Shown piece by piece: positions 62,767-64,000 of a stretch of 64,000 bases of DNA (the stretch's first letter is position 1; each line of letters begins with the position of its first letter). This DNA comes from Podarcis melisellensis. Lineage: Eukaryota. A program made the position numbers and the translations under genes. The notes under the pieces were generated by a model, which was not told the DNA's origin, ran no database searches, and saw nothing but the letters and a program-made list of their open reading frames with translations. Where the stretch lies: the NCBI GenBank assembly GCA_964234715.1, contig OZ174286.1; one strand, written 5' to 3'.

Positions 62767-64000
62767 CTGTAAGCAGAAGACATTTGGTGATTTGCACAAG
62801 AATACAGAAAGAAAATCACAGATCATAAAACAGCAGTGCTGACATTTTCTCTCCTTAGAACTTGCCAATTGCTCTTACACTTGTTCTTCTATGAGAAGAA
62901 CTGAAAAATATACTAGACTTATTAAAAGGAATCCTGAAAGGAATCCTTCTAGTTTGCTAGTAGTACCATTAATCTTCTCAATTCCATTATGTTATTGATG
63001 CTGTTCACTGCCACTGCTTTCTTTGATCTTTTGATTGCTTATTATGTTGGGTGCTCCACTGAGAATCATCTTAAATAAATGTAAGCTCTTTTACATTACA
63101 ATGGTAAAAACCACAGCACCCTATGACAGCAAGTTCCATAGGTTAACATGCACAATAGAAAACCAAATTAAGTTTGCCACTTATTAATAACAAGACTAAA
63201 GGACATATTGTAAAGCAAGGAATCAGAATGACCATTTTCTGTGCTTGTCTGAAGTGGTACATGTCTCAGCTGATTTTTGCATTTAAGATTTCTATTAAGC
63301 TGCCATGGACATTAATTTAACAGAAAAACCTGATATTTTTAAAACAGAGGTTTAACATTAAAACTCCACCAATTCCTAGTTTTCAGTAACTCCTTCCTGC
63401 TGTGAAAGACATTCCATGCATATGCAGGAAATTGACAGAAAGCCTATTCTTTTTTTCTGCAAACAATATGGATTTCAGAAAGCTTTCCTGCCCTGAAATG
63501 TTACCTCTGTACAAAAAGTCACATGACATCCTCTTCAATATGCAAAAGCCATCATTACTACTCAGGTACTGACACTCAGGTACTGACACTGTGAGAGCCA
63601 TTACTCCTCCTTGTGGCTGTTCCACTGAAAAAAACTTCTCAATAACCGCACACCCTCTGAAAATTCAACTGAACCTGCCTCTTTCATCAGACTTATTAAT
63701 GCAGAATGAAGCTGAGACTGCAAAAAACAACAACTATTAAATGTTCTGTTATATAGCTAATCTTAATGTCTTTCATTGCAGATGGTTTATTGTTGTAACC
63801 CACCCCAGGATCCTAGTATTAAGGCAAGGATCTAAGTTTATAAAACAAACAAATGTACCTTTTGACAAGCTAAATGTGCCTACTATAAGTATGGATCTTG
63901 TTATTACTCACAAATTCATTTGACATGACTCTTAGGAGAACAATTCCCCCATGTGTTTCAACATCTACATGAAACTGTTGGGAGAAGCCACATCAAGGTT

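Larger units (their letters stand above)
1..64000 (-). other. RBM33: RBM33 transcription unit (partial; exons 2-16 in window, exon 1 and the RRM-encoding 3' exons outside)
   Basis: 15 phase-compatible AG/GT exons translate into a continuous frame matching vertebrate RBM33 as I recall it (DDDFDQFDKPGAERSWRRR; SGRLRFKTERKEGTIIRLSDVTRERRNIPETL; PKNIHINPHFKGTVVTPVQ; FPDEDEETRLYRLKIEEQKRLREEILKQKELRR; KVRVIKLSGG). Confidence 0.97.

Noticed and set aside
1-64000. SHH, CNPY1 or the ZRS limb enhancer; intronic snoRNA or known miRNA; endogenous viral ORF
   Set aside because: No recognisable sequence for any of these in the window. The ZRS lies in LMBR1, far on the other side of SHH. An Rfam/Infernal scan would be needed to exclude ncRNAs formally.

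Overview
This is eukaryotic DNA from a squamate reptile, probably a lacertid lizard, judged from a Sauria/Squam1-type SINE, CR1/L2 remnants and many Tc1/mariner and hAT MITEs. The whole window lies inside one minus-strand gene, RBM33 (RNA-binding motif protein 33). I resolved 15 coding exons (numbered 2-16 here, counting a 120-nt exon as exon 6). All have AG/GT boundaries with consistent phases and total 3308 nt, entering in phase 1 and leaving in phase 0. Exon 1 lies beyond position 64000, and the last exons carrying the C-terminal RRM lie before position 1. The rest is intron: transposon remnants, microsatellites, one compound minisatellite, a 172-N gap, and several repeat-free, motif-dense blocks that look like conserved non-coding elements (in amniotes RBM33 sits between EN2/CNPY1 and SHH). 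I found no new protein-coding system. The most interesting signals are inferences: (i) candidate stop-introducing 'poison' exons at 18071-18272, 45992-46053 and 50877-50910, suggesting splicing-coupled NMD regulation; (ii) candidate enhancers and a strong CTCF motif; (iii) fold-back MITEs that could promote dsRNA or back-splicing.
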